Of a DNA stretch of 64,000 nucleotides, positions 25,285 through 39,448 are shown piece by piece. Where the stretch lies: positions 1-64,000 of the forward strand of contig JAUCBJ010009143.1 in assembly GCA_032718475.1 (NCBI GenBank). Direction: 5' to 3'. The notes beneath the pieces were generated by a model. That model did not search any database, was not told where the DNA came from, and was given only the letters and a program-made list of their open reading frames with translations. Origin of the DNA: Nemertoderma westbladi. Its lineage: Eukaryota > Animalia > Xenacoelomorpha. The position numbers and the translations under genes were made by a program. Within the stretch, counting starts at the first letter, position 1; each line of letters begins with the position of its first letter.

Positions 25285-26932
25285 ATCTGCTATACAAGTT
25301 CACCAATATTATAATGAGTTTATATATCGTTAGGCGAGCGGGCGTCGCTGCCTATTTCTCCCTTGCCCCCGGACAGTAGGAGATTCTCAGCGCCGATGTA
25401 CCGCTGTAGCTGTACTTTCGCCAACGACGTAGCCGTACAACGACAACGATAACCGGCACAAGTCACTCCACTGTCCGTCCCAAAGGCTTAGATGTACTTC
25501 AGGTATTCCTTGGAGAGTTAGGTTACTTTACGATTGCGACTAGCTACTGTAAACACACTTTAGCAGTAACATTCACCTATAAACTCACAAATACCACACA
25601 ACTGGTCACAACTACGCACATTCGGGCCATTTGTCCGTTAGTCAATGCCTTCCAGAATGTCACTGTATTATTATGTATCCTTGGATACTAGCAGTGCGCT
25701 ATTTATTCCCTATGCTATTCAATGGGACAAGCTTTCTATTGTTCGTTTAACTCAATTCTAATTCTAGCGTGGTTGTTGCTATGGTGACATTATGCAAAGC
25801 TAGCGGTAGAATTAGGGTGATTCCAATGCATACAGATCTGGGATGTTATTTAATAGTAATTCTTTAATAGTCAATGTCCTGTTTATACATGACTTTACGA
25901 ATTTTATCGGCTATTAACTATGTTTGGGAGACTTTCGTACACGCATACGCATAATAATATAAATCTCCGCTCCCTTGATCTATTAATTAATGGAATTTTG
26001 GGAATGTTATAAATCGCGTAAAATGGCAATTTATTAAATTCATTAAAAGACATGAATTTAAATTTATTCCCTGAAATTTTATTATTTGATAATTAAATGG
26101 GCATATTTTGATTCTAGAACATGTCTAGGGACACAAGATCCTTAATTCTAAGAAAATTGTCTCTTTAAGAATATCGGTAAATGCTACGATATCTTAATTG
26201 ACTAGAATTGTTGAAGGATCTGAATTTTACAGATTTTGACTTATTTGATTTGTAAATATTAACTAATTAATATTTGAGATGGGCACCGATTTATTCCAGA
26301 ACTTGTCTGGGGACGTTAACCACTGATTCTAGAATTTGTCTTTCAAGTATATCGGTGGGTGCCGCGATATCTTAATCGACTAGAATTACAGATGGTCAAA
26401 GGGTTTAACAGATTTATTTTGCGTTATACGCTACTGTTAAAGGGACATCACGCTACTATATGTATTATTTAATATACGGTATGAGAGCAATATCGCACGA
26501 AGCAATGTCAGTGTGAAGAGGCAAGTCGTTTCCAAGGTCTACCCAGAGCTTGGTTTAGCCGAGACACGAGGATCTGAACTTTGCATTCCTAATACTCTGC
26601 CTACCAATAATACTTAAATATAGTAGTGGCTTTATTGTACTTTAATAAGTACGGACATTTCATCTTACTGTAGTTACGTATTTATAATATAATACGGACA
26701 GTAAGGAAAGAGAAAAATAATTATTTCTTCGCCGTCGCACTAAATATAATATAAGTAAGTATGTACGTAATAAACACGAATATATTGCACTATTCTACAA
26801 AATAATCGCTAAATAATATTCTACTAAATTAAATAAAACGATTATAATAAAATTACATAGTAATACATACATAAATATAAAAATAATAAAATAATATAAA
26901 ATAATAGAGTCACACGCCCACTCCGAACGATA

Positions 26933-28946
26933 TTAAGTTGGGGAGTCCCTAGATGTCGGTTGGATTAGGGAAGTGGTCGTGGGAAGAGTTTCTTGCCTTC
27001 CATAGTTTCCGGAGAGCTCTCTGTCTCTTTCCAGTAAACATAAACGTCCCACTGGGCGATTGAGCTGTTGAGTCTCAAAGACTATCCCTGGTTTCTTAAA
27101 GTTCCGCCGCATGACGACGAGCTCTACTGATCGCACCAAACCATCGCTCGAGATATAAGTCTCGATGATACGTCCTGTTTGCCATCGCTTACGTGGGAGA
27201 TCGGGGTCCACAATAAGCACCATGTCTCCAGCGCTGACGTTTTCTTGCTGCGCAAACCACTTAGTTCGAAGTTGTAGAGTGGGCAGGTAATGTTTCTCGA
27301 AATGGTCAGCGAAACGACGGGATAGCAACTGCATAAGTTGCCAGGTTCGACGGCAGTACTCGTCTCCGTCTGTGATCTCCGATCGCGGGAGCATGGCTAC
27401 GGGTTTCTTCAGTAGAAAGTGCGCGGGTGTTAGCGCTTCCAGGGAATCAGGATTTGAAGAGACTGGCATAAGCGGTCTTTCGTTGAGATAGGCGGCGATT
27501 TCCTCCATTAACGTCCGCAATAGTTCGTCGGTGAGATAAGCGCGACAAGGCACAATAAAGTGGAACGCAGTCTTCACGCTCCTAATCAATCTCTCCCAAC
27601 TTCCTCCCCACCAAGGGGCGTCGGCGGCGTTGAAGGTCCAGCTAGACGCTGTTATCCTTAGCTGATCGTCCACCTGTCTTTTGTTCCAGTCCTTTACGTA
27701 AGCTTGAATTTCGTTGTTGGCGCCAATGAAGTTCGTTCCCTTATCCGATCTCATCGTGTTACTGGTTCCGAAGCGAGCGATCTGTCGTCGTAAACTCAAC
27801 ACGAAGCTGTTGGTGGAGAGATCGTTTACCATATCGAGGTGGATAGCTCTACAAGTCATACAAACGAAGATGACACACCATCTCTTGACTATAGTCCGGG
27901 CACGATATACTTCAATAGGGCCAAATAAATCCACACCGGTATTAGTAAAGGGTGGTTCATAGAAGCTTACTCTTTCCCTAGGTAATTCTGCCTCTCGCTG
28001 TGTTAAAGGCCTACTGAATGCTTTCCTACAGGGTATGCAGTTCCTAAGAACTTGGTTCAGAGCCCTACGGGGTTTATAAAAATAGTAGCGAGTTCGAATT
28101 TCGCTCAGAACTCGTTCTCTACCAGCATGGTACAGTTTGCTATGAACATCTACAATTATCTTGATTTGTATGTCAAGATTTCTAATGAGGATGGGAAACT
28201 TAGTGTCAAAGGATAATGGAGCGTTGGTCAATCTACCTCCAACACGTATTAACCCATCTATCATGGTACTAGAGAAGCGATCCCTTAAGCGCATCTGCGG
28301 ATTTCTTAACAACAGGAAATACTTATCGGAATCCTCATAGCATTGTAGGAGTCTCAGCATCTGTTTGTTGGTTTCATCATGCTCCTGGTAGCTGATCTTC
28401 TCCTTTAGAAACCTGTCGGATACCTTGTATTGTGGAAGATCTTTAACAACATGGACTCGTGCAGATGTTGATGGAGCCTCATCACTATGAGTCTTTGTCC
28501 CGGAGTAACGATGATGAAAACATCGTTTTAAATAGGTGACAGCTTTACAGAGCCGATTCCAGGAACTGTAGTGACGTATCGCTCTCTGCAAGAGAGGTGA
28601 GAGTCCTTGCGCGATATCTGGTATTCCAGATTTCCAATCCTTGTCACGGATTTCCAAGACTTCTTTAGTCGTGGCGGTGGGTTTCTGATCCAAAGCATCA
28701 TCTCCGGAAGTAAATAATACAGATAGATCAACTGCAGGTTTAAACAACTTCGATTTACTCGCTCGAGTTTTGAGTTTAACTTTCTCCGCTCCCTTGGCCT
28801 GTCTGATCTCTGCTGTTGTGAGATGGGGAGGCCATTCTTCTTCTTCTCTGTAGAGAAAGTCAGGTCCTCCTAACCATTCGGGAGTATTTACCAATTCCTT
28901 TGGAGTCGCTCCTCGGGACGCGATGTCTGCTGGGTTAATCGTTCCG
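26933..28946 (-). pseudogene. C pol, 3' segment (end of RNase H, integrase), separated from the rest by insertion D
   Basis: NPADIASRG, GVDLFGP, SDKGTNF, GGSWERL and GDMVLI motifs. Confidence 0.93.
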
Positions 28947-29487
28947 TGTTAGCTTATTCAATCCCGCCAACACCCCATAAAGTTGTAAGCCGATAAGCAA
29001 TATTGGGAGCCGCGAGATTGGGCAATTAACCAACTCGCGCCATCCCAATAAGAGTGGGAAGGAAGCACACAATAGAGGGTCAGGGGCCAAACCCCTAACC
29101 CAGAGAGAACACAGTGGAGTGAACGGGAATACTCCACGGGGCGCCAACAAGGGTATTAACCAATCAGAGGGGGGAATGGTATCGATTGAGTAGCAATTAG
29201 GCCAACCGTGCAGTATAGCCACTTGGCAGTAATATTACCTATTCAGTTATCACAGTGCAGCAGTGCTAGCGTAGGGTACAGCCAATTAGTTTAGTTAGGG
29301 GATCACGGGACTTTAGTTACCGTATCCCGCCTTGTACACATTCACTATATATCTATATCTTATAACCTCCTATTATACACCGAACTTCAGAACTCAGTCA
29401 CTTTATTTCATCCTTATACACGGCGGGGACGCGTGGACTAAATTACCACAACCGGATAAATCGGGATCCCTCTTGGATCCCGTCACA
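28947..29487 (+). repeat. 5' LTR of D
   Basis: TGTTAG...GTCACA, direct repeat of 42694-43234. Confidence 0.98.
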
Positions 29488-29496
29488 GTAACTAAA
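29488..29496 (+). other. Non-tRNA primer-binding position of D (GTAACTAAA), complementary to own LTR 29312-29320 / 43059-43067
   Basis: tttagttac inside the LTR; gtaactaaa immediately follows the LTR end; no TGG. Confidence 0.72.
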
Positions 29497-29592
29497 TCGG
29501 TGCTGCTTCCCCAGCTAAACTCAGTAACTAAAGCCAGCTGCCGCCCTAGACAAACTCTATAAACACTAGCCACCGAAATCTGCAGAAGAGAG

Positions 29593-32500
29593 ATGAGCGA
29601 TTCGGGCGAGACACCACCGCGGACCCCGGACGAAGACCTAACGATCCGCGAGGCCGCGACCAAACGATACAGGCCCACGACGCCGGAGCCATCGATAGTG
29701 GGCGGACCGGAAGTCGAGGATGAGGGGGGCCTGGAGCTCGAAGCCGAGCCAAGAGAAAGGGAGAGCGAGAAGGAGGGAGAAAGGGCGGAGTCGACACGGG
29801 ACGGAGAAAGGCGCGCCGATGTCGCCGGCCAGCTACCGGCCGAGGGCGACGAGCGGCCCACCGAAACGGTGACGGTGGGGCCGACGGTGCGACGCCGGAC
29901 GCGAAGAGACGGAACAAAGATCGGTACCGATGTCGCCGGCCAGCTACAGGCCAAGGGCGACGGACGGCCCACCGGAACGGCGACGGTGGAGCCGCCGGTA
30001 CGACGTCGAACCCGGAGGGAGAGGGGAGAAGTCGGCGACGAGGACGTCGGGGTTTCTGAGCGACTCCGACGCGCTTACATCGCAACCCGGAGGATACTAA
30101 ACGATGCCAAGAAGAAAGGGGCGAAGGTAGACGAGGTGAGACTGAGGAAGCGACTAGGTGAGTCGGATAAACACTTTAGTTATCTAATACACTTTGAGCA
30201 GAGAGAGCTAGCCGAAACGAGGGCACATGAGATTGCCGTGGAACTATTGGAACTATGGGAGTGTGGGGGTATGGAACCTAGTGTAGGACCAGTGTACATA
30301 GGGCCATACTCGGTCGATGCCCGGGGAATAAAACCGGTGGGTTGGAGGGGACTCGAAGGGGGCGAATCCGAGGTTAACTCCGAGGATTCGGCCTCGTCGG
30401 TCGGAGAAAGTTCCGGGAAGCGGGGGAGAGCCAGTGGGTCGGGAAGGCGGAGGGAATCCGTTACAACCGATAAGTCTGCTACATCCTCCGTAAAAGAAAG
30501 ACGGGTGAGAGAGATAGAGGCCAGACACCGTCTCAATCTAGCGGTGGAAGCTAATAGAGAAGTAGGTAGACGGCTAGAGGAGGGGAGAGTGATGCTAGAG
30601 AGGGAAGCGGTGTCGATTAAAGAGTTAAGGGAAAGGGGCGAAAGGGCCGCGAGGAACCTTAGGGAGTATGACGAGATGGAGTTGAGGGAAGAGAGGGAAC
30701 GCGAGGCGGAACGCGAGAAACGCGAAAGTGAACGCAGGGAGCGTGAGGCGAGAGAGGAAAGTGAACGCAGGGAGCGTGAGGCGAGAGAGGAAAGTGAACG
30801 CAAAGAGCGTAAGGCGAGAAGAAGAGAGGGGATTGTGAGAGAGATGGAATTGGTCGAGCAGAGAGAACGGGAGTCTAGCGAGAAAGTAACAAGAGAGGAG
30901 AGTGGCCGAATAGAGTTAGAGAAACGGCGAGAGAAACTCCTAGAGTATACAGCTGTACACGCGCGCGATTTGGAACGGGCGCGGGCAGGAGTGTCGGAAA
31001 GCGGGGCCGGCTCGAGTATTTTTGAGGAGCCGAGGGCCGTAGATACATTTATTAATGCCCCACTGACAGGGACCGCACGACAGACCCAAAACTGGTGTGA
31101 CCGTACGGGCGGGGGGGGTAATAATAATGATGGTACAGTAGGCGTTGTTAATATTGATAATACCGTATGGGACAACACTAATCAAACCTTTATTGCAGGA
31201 AATACTTTACCTAGTGGTAGTAATTTAAATTTAAATCAGAACAATCCTAGTGTTAATGTAGGAGATAATTCTAATATTGATGTAGTTACGCAAAATAATT
31301 CAAATAATCAAAATAATAATCCAAATTCGAGCCTACAAAATAATTTAAATAGCGCGATCACGCAAAATAATTCGAATAATTTAAATAATGACCTAAATCC
31401 GAATTTACAAAATAATTCGGATAACGTGGCCGCCCAGAGTAATACAAACGATTTTGTTTTGGGCGAGCAAATTAATTCCGTTTCCAATATGGGTGTTATT
31501 AGTGTAGACACGTCGGGCCTACGTAACCAGGGAGCAGAGGGCCTGGTAGGCCACGTAGTTAGTAGACAGGGAGCAGAGGGCCTGGTAGGCCACGTAGTTA
31601 GTAGACAGGGAGCAGAGGGCCTGGTAGGCCACGTAGTTAGTAGACAGGGAGCAGAGGGCCTGGTAGGCCACGTAGTTAGTAGACAGGGGGCAGAGGGCCT
31701 GGTAGGCCGCGTAGTTGGTAGGCAGGGAGTAGAGGGCCTGGAAGGCCACGCAATAGCAGAGGGAGAGGCGGGGGTGAATAGACCCGACTGCGGTAGGGTT
31801 GATGTGTCGACTAGAGAGACATATAGTAGCGGGGCGAGAGGTAGCGAAGTTAGATGTAGCGAGTGGGGGGGGGCTACGAGCACCCCACAACAGAAAGTTA
31901 GCGGCGAGAGGGGGGGGGGGCAGAGAGTGTCCCACAGCCGTCAGCGGACAATGCGAGGGCCGAACAAGGTAAACCGCAACAACCGGCGACGGAAAGTAAT
32001 AGGGGGATTGCGAGTATCCCCAGCGACGTGCGATCGAGCAGAGAAAGACAGGTTGACGTCGCGAGAGGGCAGACGGAGCGTCGAGCCCGATCAGAGGAGG
32101 AAAGAAGAACAGTGGGGTTTAACCGGGAGGTCGACGAGAGATCTCGTGAGCGGGAATATTCCACTGATAGGAGAGGAGAGGAAGAGAGTAGTAGAAATAT
32201 CGCCGCAAACGATAGAAGAGCGAGGACGGACAGCGAGCCGTCGGTAGTCGAGATGAGAACGGAGAGTCAATGGGGTCGGACTCCGGGAGATTGCCGTCAC
32301 CCCGGAGGGATGCGATCCGGTGAGGCGCATTACACGCCGAGAGAGGGGTACGCGATGTACCGGTACGAAGAAGAGAACAGTAGAGAGGGGGGTCGAAGAG
32401 AAACTTTCCGACGGAATATACCTACCGATCGAGAATACGGTAGCCGCGGGGAGGATTATTCGAGAAGAATAAACTTCGATCCCGAGCAACACATGCAGAC

Positions 32501-35500
32501 TGTAGGGCATACTGTAGGTCTTACTGCACATACCGTAGGCCATACTGAGAGAGGCAATGTAGGCGATAGGATAGCGCGGACAACGGGATTAAACCCGGAA
32601 GTCGCGGAATACATACCGGCGAGTAGGCCAGAAGCTGATAGGCCTATACCGGTACCAGTACAGCAGTATGACTACAGCATGCAGGGACATAACATATACC
32701 CAGGGGAGGGGGGAATTATTGCGGATAGGTGTATGGGCCCCAACATATTAACATCAACCCCAGTACCAGACATACCGGTGGGGGGGGGGGACAGGGTGAC
32801 ATTCCCCCATCACAATATCAACAATATACCCCGATGGTAGCAAGAACAATGAAACCCTTGGACGAAAACAGGTCGTGTGATACAGACATATGGAGGGGGC
32901 CGCTACCCCCGATGACATATCCGAGTCAGAGGAGATCAAGAAATAGGACGGACGAACCGCACCAGACAGGGGAAACTATACAGCATCCGTCGAATCCATT
33001 AGAAGCGCAGGCAATGGGGATGGCCACGTTGATCGATGCGTTGAAAACGAGGATCGAATTACCACCCGTGGAACCGTTCAAATTCGATGGGAGCAGGCCG
33101 GAAGAATACTTACAGTTTCGGCGAATGTATAGTAACGAAATACTAACAAAAAACTTGACGCAGGCGGAGTGCCTAAAGTATCTACAAGTGTACACGGGAG
33201 GCCCAGCATACGATATCGTGAGGCAGTACCAGGGAATAGAGGGCGGCTTCACGACAGCATGGCGGGCACTGGATAGGGAATACGGGCACCCGGCCAAGAT
33301 CATCAGGCAGACGCTGAGAGGCATAACATCGGGTGGCCTACAGGATAATCCCGTTAGCATTAAGACGTTTGCTAACAAAGTCGAGAAGGCGCTGATCGTG
33401 CTGAAGACGCTAGACGCGCCATACGAACTCAACGCGTCCAATAACATCACCACGATAGCGCAGGCACTACCGAGCTGGCTGCGCAACAAATGGAGGAAGG
33501 TCGCTTTCTCCACCCGAGACAAGAAGGGTGCGGAACCAGGTTTAGAAGAAATGTCAAACTTCTTAAATTACGAGGCTGAACTAATAACGGACCCAGTCTA
33601 TAGCGAAGATAGCCTGGGAAAAGGACCAAAGGCAGATCACTACAGGCCCAAACCAGAGCACAGTACATCGAACGCGTTACCAAGACTCAGGCAATCATTG
33701 CCATACGCAGCGACGCAGGGGACTACAAGTCCACAGACAAACGAAGATAAGACAACATCAAGGGACGGACAGGGGAACAATAACAACATAAATAAACATA
33801 ACCCCAGTACGTCCAGTAGGCCAAATCCAGTCAATAAGAACAGTAGGGACTTTGGTACAAATATAACTGCGATACGCAACGCATTGTATAAAGAGGGCTA
33901 CGACCCAAAGAGCAAATGCCAGTTACACGCAAATGCGCTTCATAAAACCATGAACTGCAGGTACTGGCAGGCGCTACCGAGGCAAGATCAGATAGATTAC
34001 GCGTCGAGCAATAAAATCTGCTCGCGATGTGTAAAGAGTGGACACAAGGCCAGGGAATGCCAAGAGAAGCCGGTCAAGTTTGGCCAAAGGAGAGGCCAGA
34101 CGATGGCAACGAGCACAGTAGGGGCGAAGAAGAGAGGAACAGTGCTACTTGGAGTAGTACCAGTACGAGTGATCGGAGAAGGCAATCGATCAGTAACAAC
34201 ACTAATGCTGGTTGATAGTGGAGCTGCCTTCACACTAGTTGAGGAATGGATAGCCGAAGAAATTGGGTTGAGAACGAGGCCAAGCAGGATGGCGGTGACA
34301 ACCATCTCTAGCAAAGACGAGGTCCTAGAGATGAGGACAGGACGGTGCGCAATTGCAGCAGTGGCACCAGGATGCGATTATGGGGCAACCATCGACCCCA
34401 TCCAAGTAATAGAGTCAATTAACATCAATGCCAGGCGGCCAACCAACATCGAGGTCGAGCAATACAAATTCCTGGACAACATTGACTTCTCAATCCCAGA
34501 CGTGGACGTTAGGAAGGTATCCATCATAGTAGGCATGGACTGCCCAACAGCCCACGAGAGAATGCAAACGGTCTTCGGAGAAGACAAGCAGAGCGACCCG
34601 GTGGCCATATTAACGCCTTTCGGGTGGACGCTGAGTGGTCCAATTAAGAGCAAGATACCATTCAGGATGTCGGAGACATCAGGATGCATGTTCGCGGGAA
34701 CAATGCAGGAAATGGGTGATGAGGGAGCAGAGGAGCAGCTTAAAAGACTGCTCAGGCAAGACTTCGAGGGACTGAAAGAGACCGGGGTCGGGACCTCGGT
34801 AGAAGACAAACAGGCTTTACAGAGCGTGGAGGAATCGATGACGTGTGATGAGGGGCGGTATACAATAGGAATGGTATGGAAACTACCGAAGATACCGCTA
34901 CCCGATAACAGAGGGATGGTACTCACGAGACTCCGAAAGCTGAAACAAACACTACAACGGAGCCCCGAGAAGAACGAGTACATTCACAAAACCATTAAGA
35001 AGTACGTCGAGAAAGGATGGGCCGTGGAGTTACCGGTGGACGAACCGAACACTGACAGGACATACTACCTGCCACTCCACGTAGCATTAGACCCAAAGAA
35101 AGGTAAACTGAGGATGGTAGTCGATGCATCGGCAAAGACCGACGGAAGATGCTTAAACGATTACCTGTTGGAAGGCCCAAATATATACAATTCGGGCATA
35201 GAAGTGTTACTTAGGTTTCGGAATGGGAAACACGCCTTCACCTGTGATATAGAAGGCATGTTCAACCAAGTCCGAGTAACAGAGGAAGATAGCGATAGTC
35301 AACGCTTCTTATGGTATAACGGCGAGGAAGAACCGCCTATAATACCGGCATATAAGATGGTAGTACAAAACATGGGGGCCAAGTCGTCCTCATTTACGAC
35401 GACTATGGCAGTAAGAGACACGGTAAAAGGGAAGGAGGATAGATATAGCAGTAGGGCCGTCGATATGATCAGACGCGGCTTCTACGTAGACGACGGTATG

Positions 35501-38119
35501 GAGTCTGGAAATACGGTTGAGGAGATACTGGAAACAGGGCGCGAGGTTCGCGACATCCTGAAAGGATCCGGCTTCAACCTGACCAAATTCCAATCCAGTT
35601 CAGAAGAATTCATCAAGGAAATAGAAGACAAGAAACCAGAATCGACCATGGACAACCCTACAACAGCCAAAGGACAGGACATGGCGATTAAGAGAACGGA
35701 ATCCCAGCAGAAGGCGCTGGGAATCGTGTGGGATAGAAAAACAGACGAACTGAAGTATCAGCTGAGCCAGGAGGGCGCAGACACCCATACGAAGAGGGGT
35801 TACGTATCATATATAGCAAGAATATACGATCCCTTAGGCCTAGCATCCCCATTACTAGTCACGGGGAAACAGATACTCAAGAGAGTATATAAGTTGAAGG
35901 ATGAGTGGGACGTAGAGGTACCAGAAGACATCAGGAAACAGTGGAGCAAATGGACAGGAGACTTGGAGAGGATGGGAATATACAACATGCCGCGAGTGTA
36001 TTTCCCGGACGGGAACATGACGAATCTGGACCTACATATGTTCTCCGACGCGTCGTTAGAGGCATACGGAGCGGCACTCTATTTAGTACAACGAGAGGGG
36101 CCTCACAAGCCCAGACTAGCCTTCAGCAAAGCTAAGTCAACGCCGCCAGATTCAGCATCTGTTCCCAAGTTAGAATTGACAGCTGCGAGACTAGGAGTTA
36201 GAGCCACAGCCTACCTAGTGGATACAATTCCCAACATAGTGGAGACACACTACTGGACGGACTCCATGGTAGTGCTTGGTTGGCTACACAACGAAAAGAC
36301 GAGATACCCGATATTCGTCGCGAATAGAGTGGACGAAATAAGGGCGGGCACAGAACTGGAAAGGTGGCACTACTGCCCAACAGATCAGAACCCAGCGGAC
36401 TTACTGTCGAGGGGCGTGGAACGCCACACTTTCCTGAAGAAGGAAGTATTGTGGCAACATGGGCCACAATTCCTGAGCGATAGGGAGGCCTGGCCGCCGA
36501 TGAGGAAGGTGGAACCGGGCTCGGAAGTAATATCAGAAGGAGAGGGAGATTCAGAGGGAGAAGAGATATACTCCCAGATGGTGAGGGAGATCAGGGACGT
36601 GCAACCAGGAAGGGAACTATGCGACAACCCGACGGATAAACTCCTCAGCTACAGTTCCAGTTGGTATAAGACCAAGAAACTAGTGGCGTACTGGAGAGCC
36701 TTTGGGAATTTCCTTGCGGGAGTCGGCAAGGACAAGAAGACCAGGATAACCATAGATCTGGAAGGAGCGGCCAAGGCAGTGATCCGCTATGAACAACGCA
36801 AGAACTACGGCGACGAGGTGGAACGTGTCGGTAACCAACAACATCTCCGACGTGATAGCGAGTTGATCACGCTGTCGCCACAACTCAACGAGGATGGGAT
36901 CCTAGTAATGAATTCTAGGGTAGGATATAACAATAGTATAGTCGTGCTGCTGAAACCCATCATCATTCCCACAGGATCGCCTATAGTCCACCAGATCATA
37001 TGGGACTCCCACAAATCGATACTGCATGGGGGCACCAACCGAACCCTCACAGAGATAAGGAGGACCTATTGGGTCAAACAATTAAGAAAGAAGGTGAAAG
37101 CGGTAGTGGGACAGTGCCAGACCTGCCGACGAGCAAAGAAGGAGCGAGCCGTACAGGAGATGGCGCCACTACCGGCGAGTAGGGTAAGACAGCACGACCC
37201 GCCATTTACGCATTGCGGTGTGGACATGTTCGGGCCGATAAAGATCAAGGTGATGCGACACACGGAGAAACGCTACGGTATTATCTTCGTATGCAACAAT
37301 ACGCGGGCGGTAGGAATAGAACTCGCCCAAGATGCAACCGCATCAGCCTTCATTAACGCCTTAGAAAGGTTTAGGGACCGCAAAGGTGGGACGATCGCAG
37401 TGATATACAGCGACAACGGCACCAACTTTGTGGGCGCAGAGAGCGAGATGGCAGAGGCCTTAGACATCTTGGAGGGAGAAGAAGTCAGGGCGGCCATGAG
37501 AAGACGACAAGTGAAGTGGGAGAGACGGACGCCGTATGCACCACATACACTAGGATGCGTCGAAAGACTAGTGGGCAGTTCAAAACGTCTAATGACGAAG
37601 CTGATGAACACCCACATGGTCACTGAAGACGTCTTACGGACAGTACTTGCGAAGTGCGAGGGGATCATTAATAGCAGACCGCTATACCCGGAGAATGATG
37701 ACCCTGAGTCATTAGACGTGTTGACGCCTAGCCATTTCCTGATGGAAAGGCCAGCGACCATAGATATGCGGGGTGTAGACCCAGATGATATACACTCCCG
37801 CCAAAGTTGGAAAGTAGCTAAAGCAATTAGCGCAGAGTATTGGAGGAGGTGGGTAGAAGAATACCTACCCACGCTCCATAAGCGAAGCAAGTGGAGGAAG
37901 CCAAACAGGGAGTTGAGAGAGGGAGATCTCGTAATCGTCACGGATGATACTATCATCAACAACCAATGGCGGTTGGCGAGAGTTGTAGGCACCTACTCCG
38001 ACGAGGACGGAAGAGTCCGATCGGTAGAAGTGCGGATAGGTGGAAAGATAGGTGCGAAGGACAGAAAAACCTACAGGAGAGCGGTAGGTAAATGCTGTCT
38101 TCTAGAAGGGGCACCTTAA
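29593..38119 (+). CDS. Bel/Pao Gag-Pol of D, broken into three frames, probably at poly-G runs (~31910-31920, ~32780-32790)
   Basis: Glu/Arg coiled coil, PFKFDG Gag core, CSRCVKSGHKAREC knuckle, LVDSGA, YVDD, FSDAS, GVDMFGP and SDNGTNF. Confidence 0.9.
31528..31745 (+). repeat. 39-bp coding tandem repeat (QGAEGLVGHVVSR, about 5.5 copies) in D gag
   Basis: Directly visible in DNA and protein. Confidence 0.9.
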
Positions 38120-38256
38120 AGCGGAGTTAGAGTGAAGTTTAGTCGTCCAAATTTTGGACTGAGGGGGGTGGGATTGAGGGCGAGACGCCCTTCCCACACA
38201 AATAAAAATAAAATAAAATAAAAATAATAGTACATAGTAGGCAGAAATTAGCTAAG

Positions 38257-38945
38257 AGGTACGTAGTACCTAGTTAGTTAGTTAATAGGTACGTAGTACC
38301 TAGTTAGAGCTTGTTAGTTAATAGGTACGTAGTACCTAGTTAGAGTTAGAGAGTTAGTAGGTACGTAGTACCTAGTTAGAGTTAGAGAGTTAGTAGGTAC
38401 GTAGTACCTAGAGTTAGGGAGTTAGTAGGTACGTAGTACCTAGAGTTAGAGAGTTAGTAGGTACGTAGTACCTAGAGTTAGGGAGTTAGTAGGTACGTAG
38501 TACCTAGAGTTAGGGAGTTAGTAGGTACGTAGTACCTAGAGTTAGTTAGAGTTAGAGTTAGTAGGTACGTAGTACCGATAGAGTTAGAGTTAGTAGGTAC
38601 GTAGTACCGATAGAGTTAGAGTTAGTAGGTACGTAGTGCCAATAGTTAGAGTTAGAGTTAGAGGGTACGTAATGCCTAGTTAGAGTTAGAGCTAGAGGGT
38701 AGGTAGTACCGATAGAGTTAGAGTTAGTAGGTACGTAGTACCAATAGTTAGTTAGAGTTGGAGGGTACGTAGTACCGATAGTTAGAGAGTTAGTAGGTAC
38801 GTAGTACCTAGTTAGAGTTAGAGTTAGAGGGTACGTAATGCCTAGTTAGAGTTAGAGTTAAAGGGTAGGTAGTACCGATAGAGTTAGAGTTAGTAGGTAC
38901 GTGGTACCTAGTCAGAGTTAGAGTTAGTAGGTACGTAGTACCATT
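38257..38945 (+). repeat. Array of about 21 AGGTAC-GTA-GTACCT hairpin units with (GAGTTA)n spacers
   Basis: Non-coding interval between D pol and ORF2; each unit is self-complementary. Confidence 0.92.
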
Positions 38946-39448
38946 AGTTAGAGAGAGAGAGTAAGAGGTAAAAGGGGTAAAAATAGGATATAGATATTAG
39001 ATAGCAGTAAGTAGAGTTAGTAGCGAGAGGGGGGCATATGAGTGCAGCTGGATAAATCGTGTGGCCACACGACGCATACTGCTGTACTGCATAGGCCCAC
39101 TGAGTAGGCCAGAATATGGATCAGAGAGAGAATAGAATAAACCCATAGGCAGCAGTAAGTACTAGGACAGTAGAATCAAAGCAAAATAGATAAATAAATA
39201 GAATAGGGCTAAAAAATCGAAAATAGTGGTAACACAAAGAAAGTCGTTCTAGAACATAATAAAAGTAACGGACGGAAATTGTAAATTAGGCTGATTTACT
39301 AGCTCCGAAATTAATTAGGTTAAATTAAGCTTGAAAGGCGCAGTTAAGTAGAAAAGTAGGCCATTATCGAACTGTAGGAAACATCTCAATACATCACTCA
39401 TCTGTATTGCGCCTTGGTAAGGCACCACCCTACAGGTGAGCGAGTGTA

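Noticed and set aside
29497-29512. TCGGTGCTGCTTCCCC as a degenerate tRNA PBS in D
   Set aside because: It lacks TGG (the CCA complement) and is offset 9 nt from the LTR; it cannot be fully excluded without host tRNA sequences.
31905-32795. Programmed ribosomal frameshifts in D gag
   Set aside because: The breaks coincide with 11-12 nt G homopolymers and are more simply explained as indels or sequencing errors; Bel/Pao elements usually have one ORF. The LINE frameshift near 52890 is also in a homopolymer.
38330-38930. Interstitial telomere
   Set aside because: Mostly TTAGAG in 1-3 copy spacers within an element-internal hairpin array, not a (TTAGGG)n or (TTAGG)n tract.
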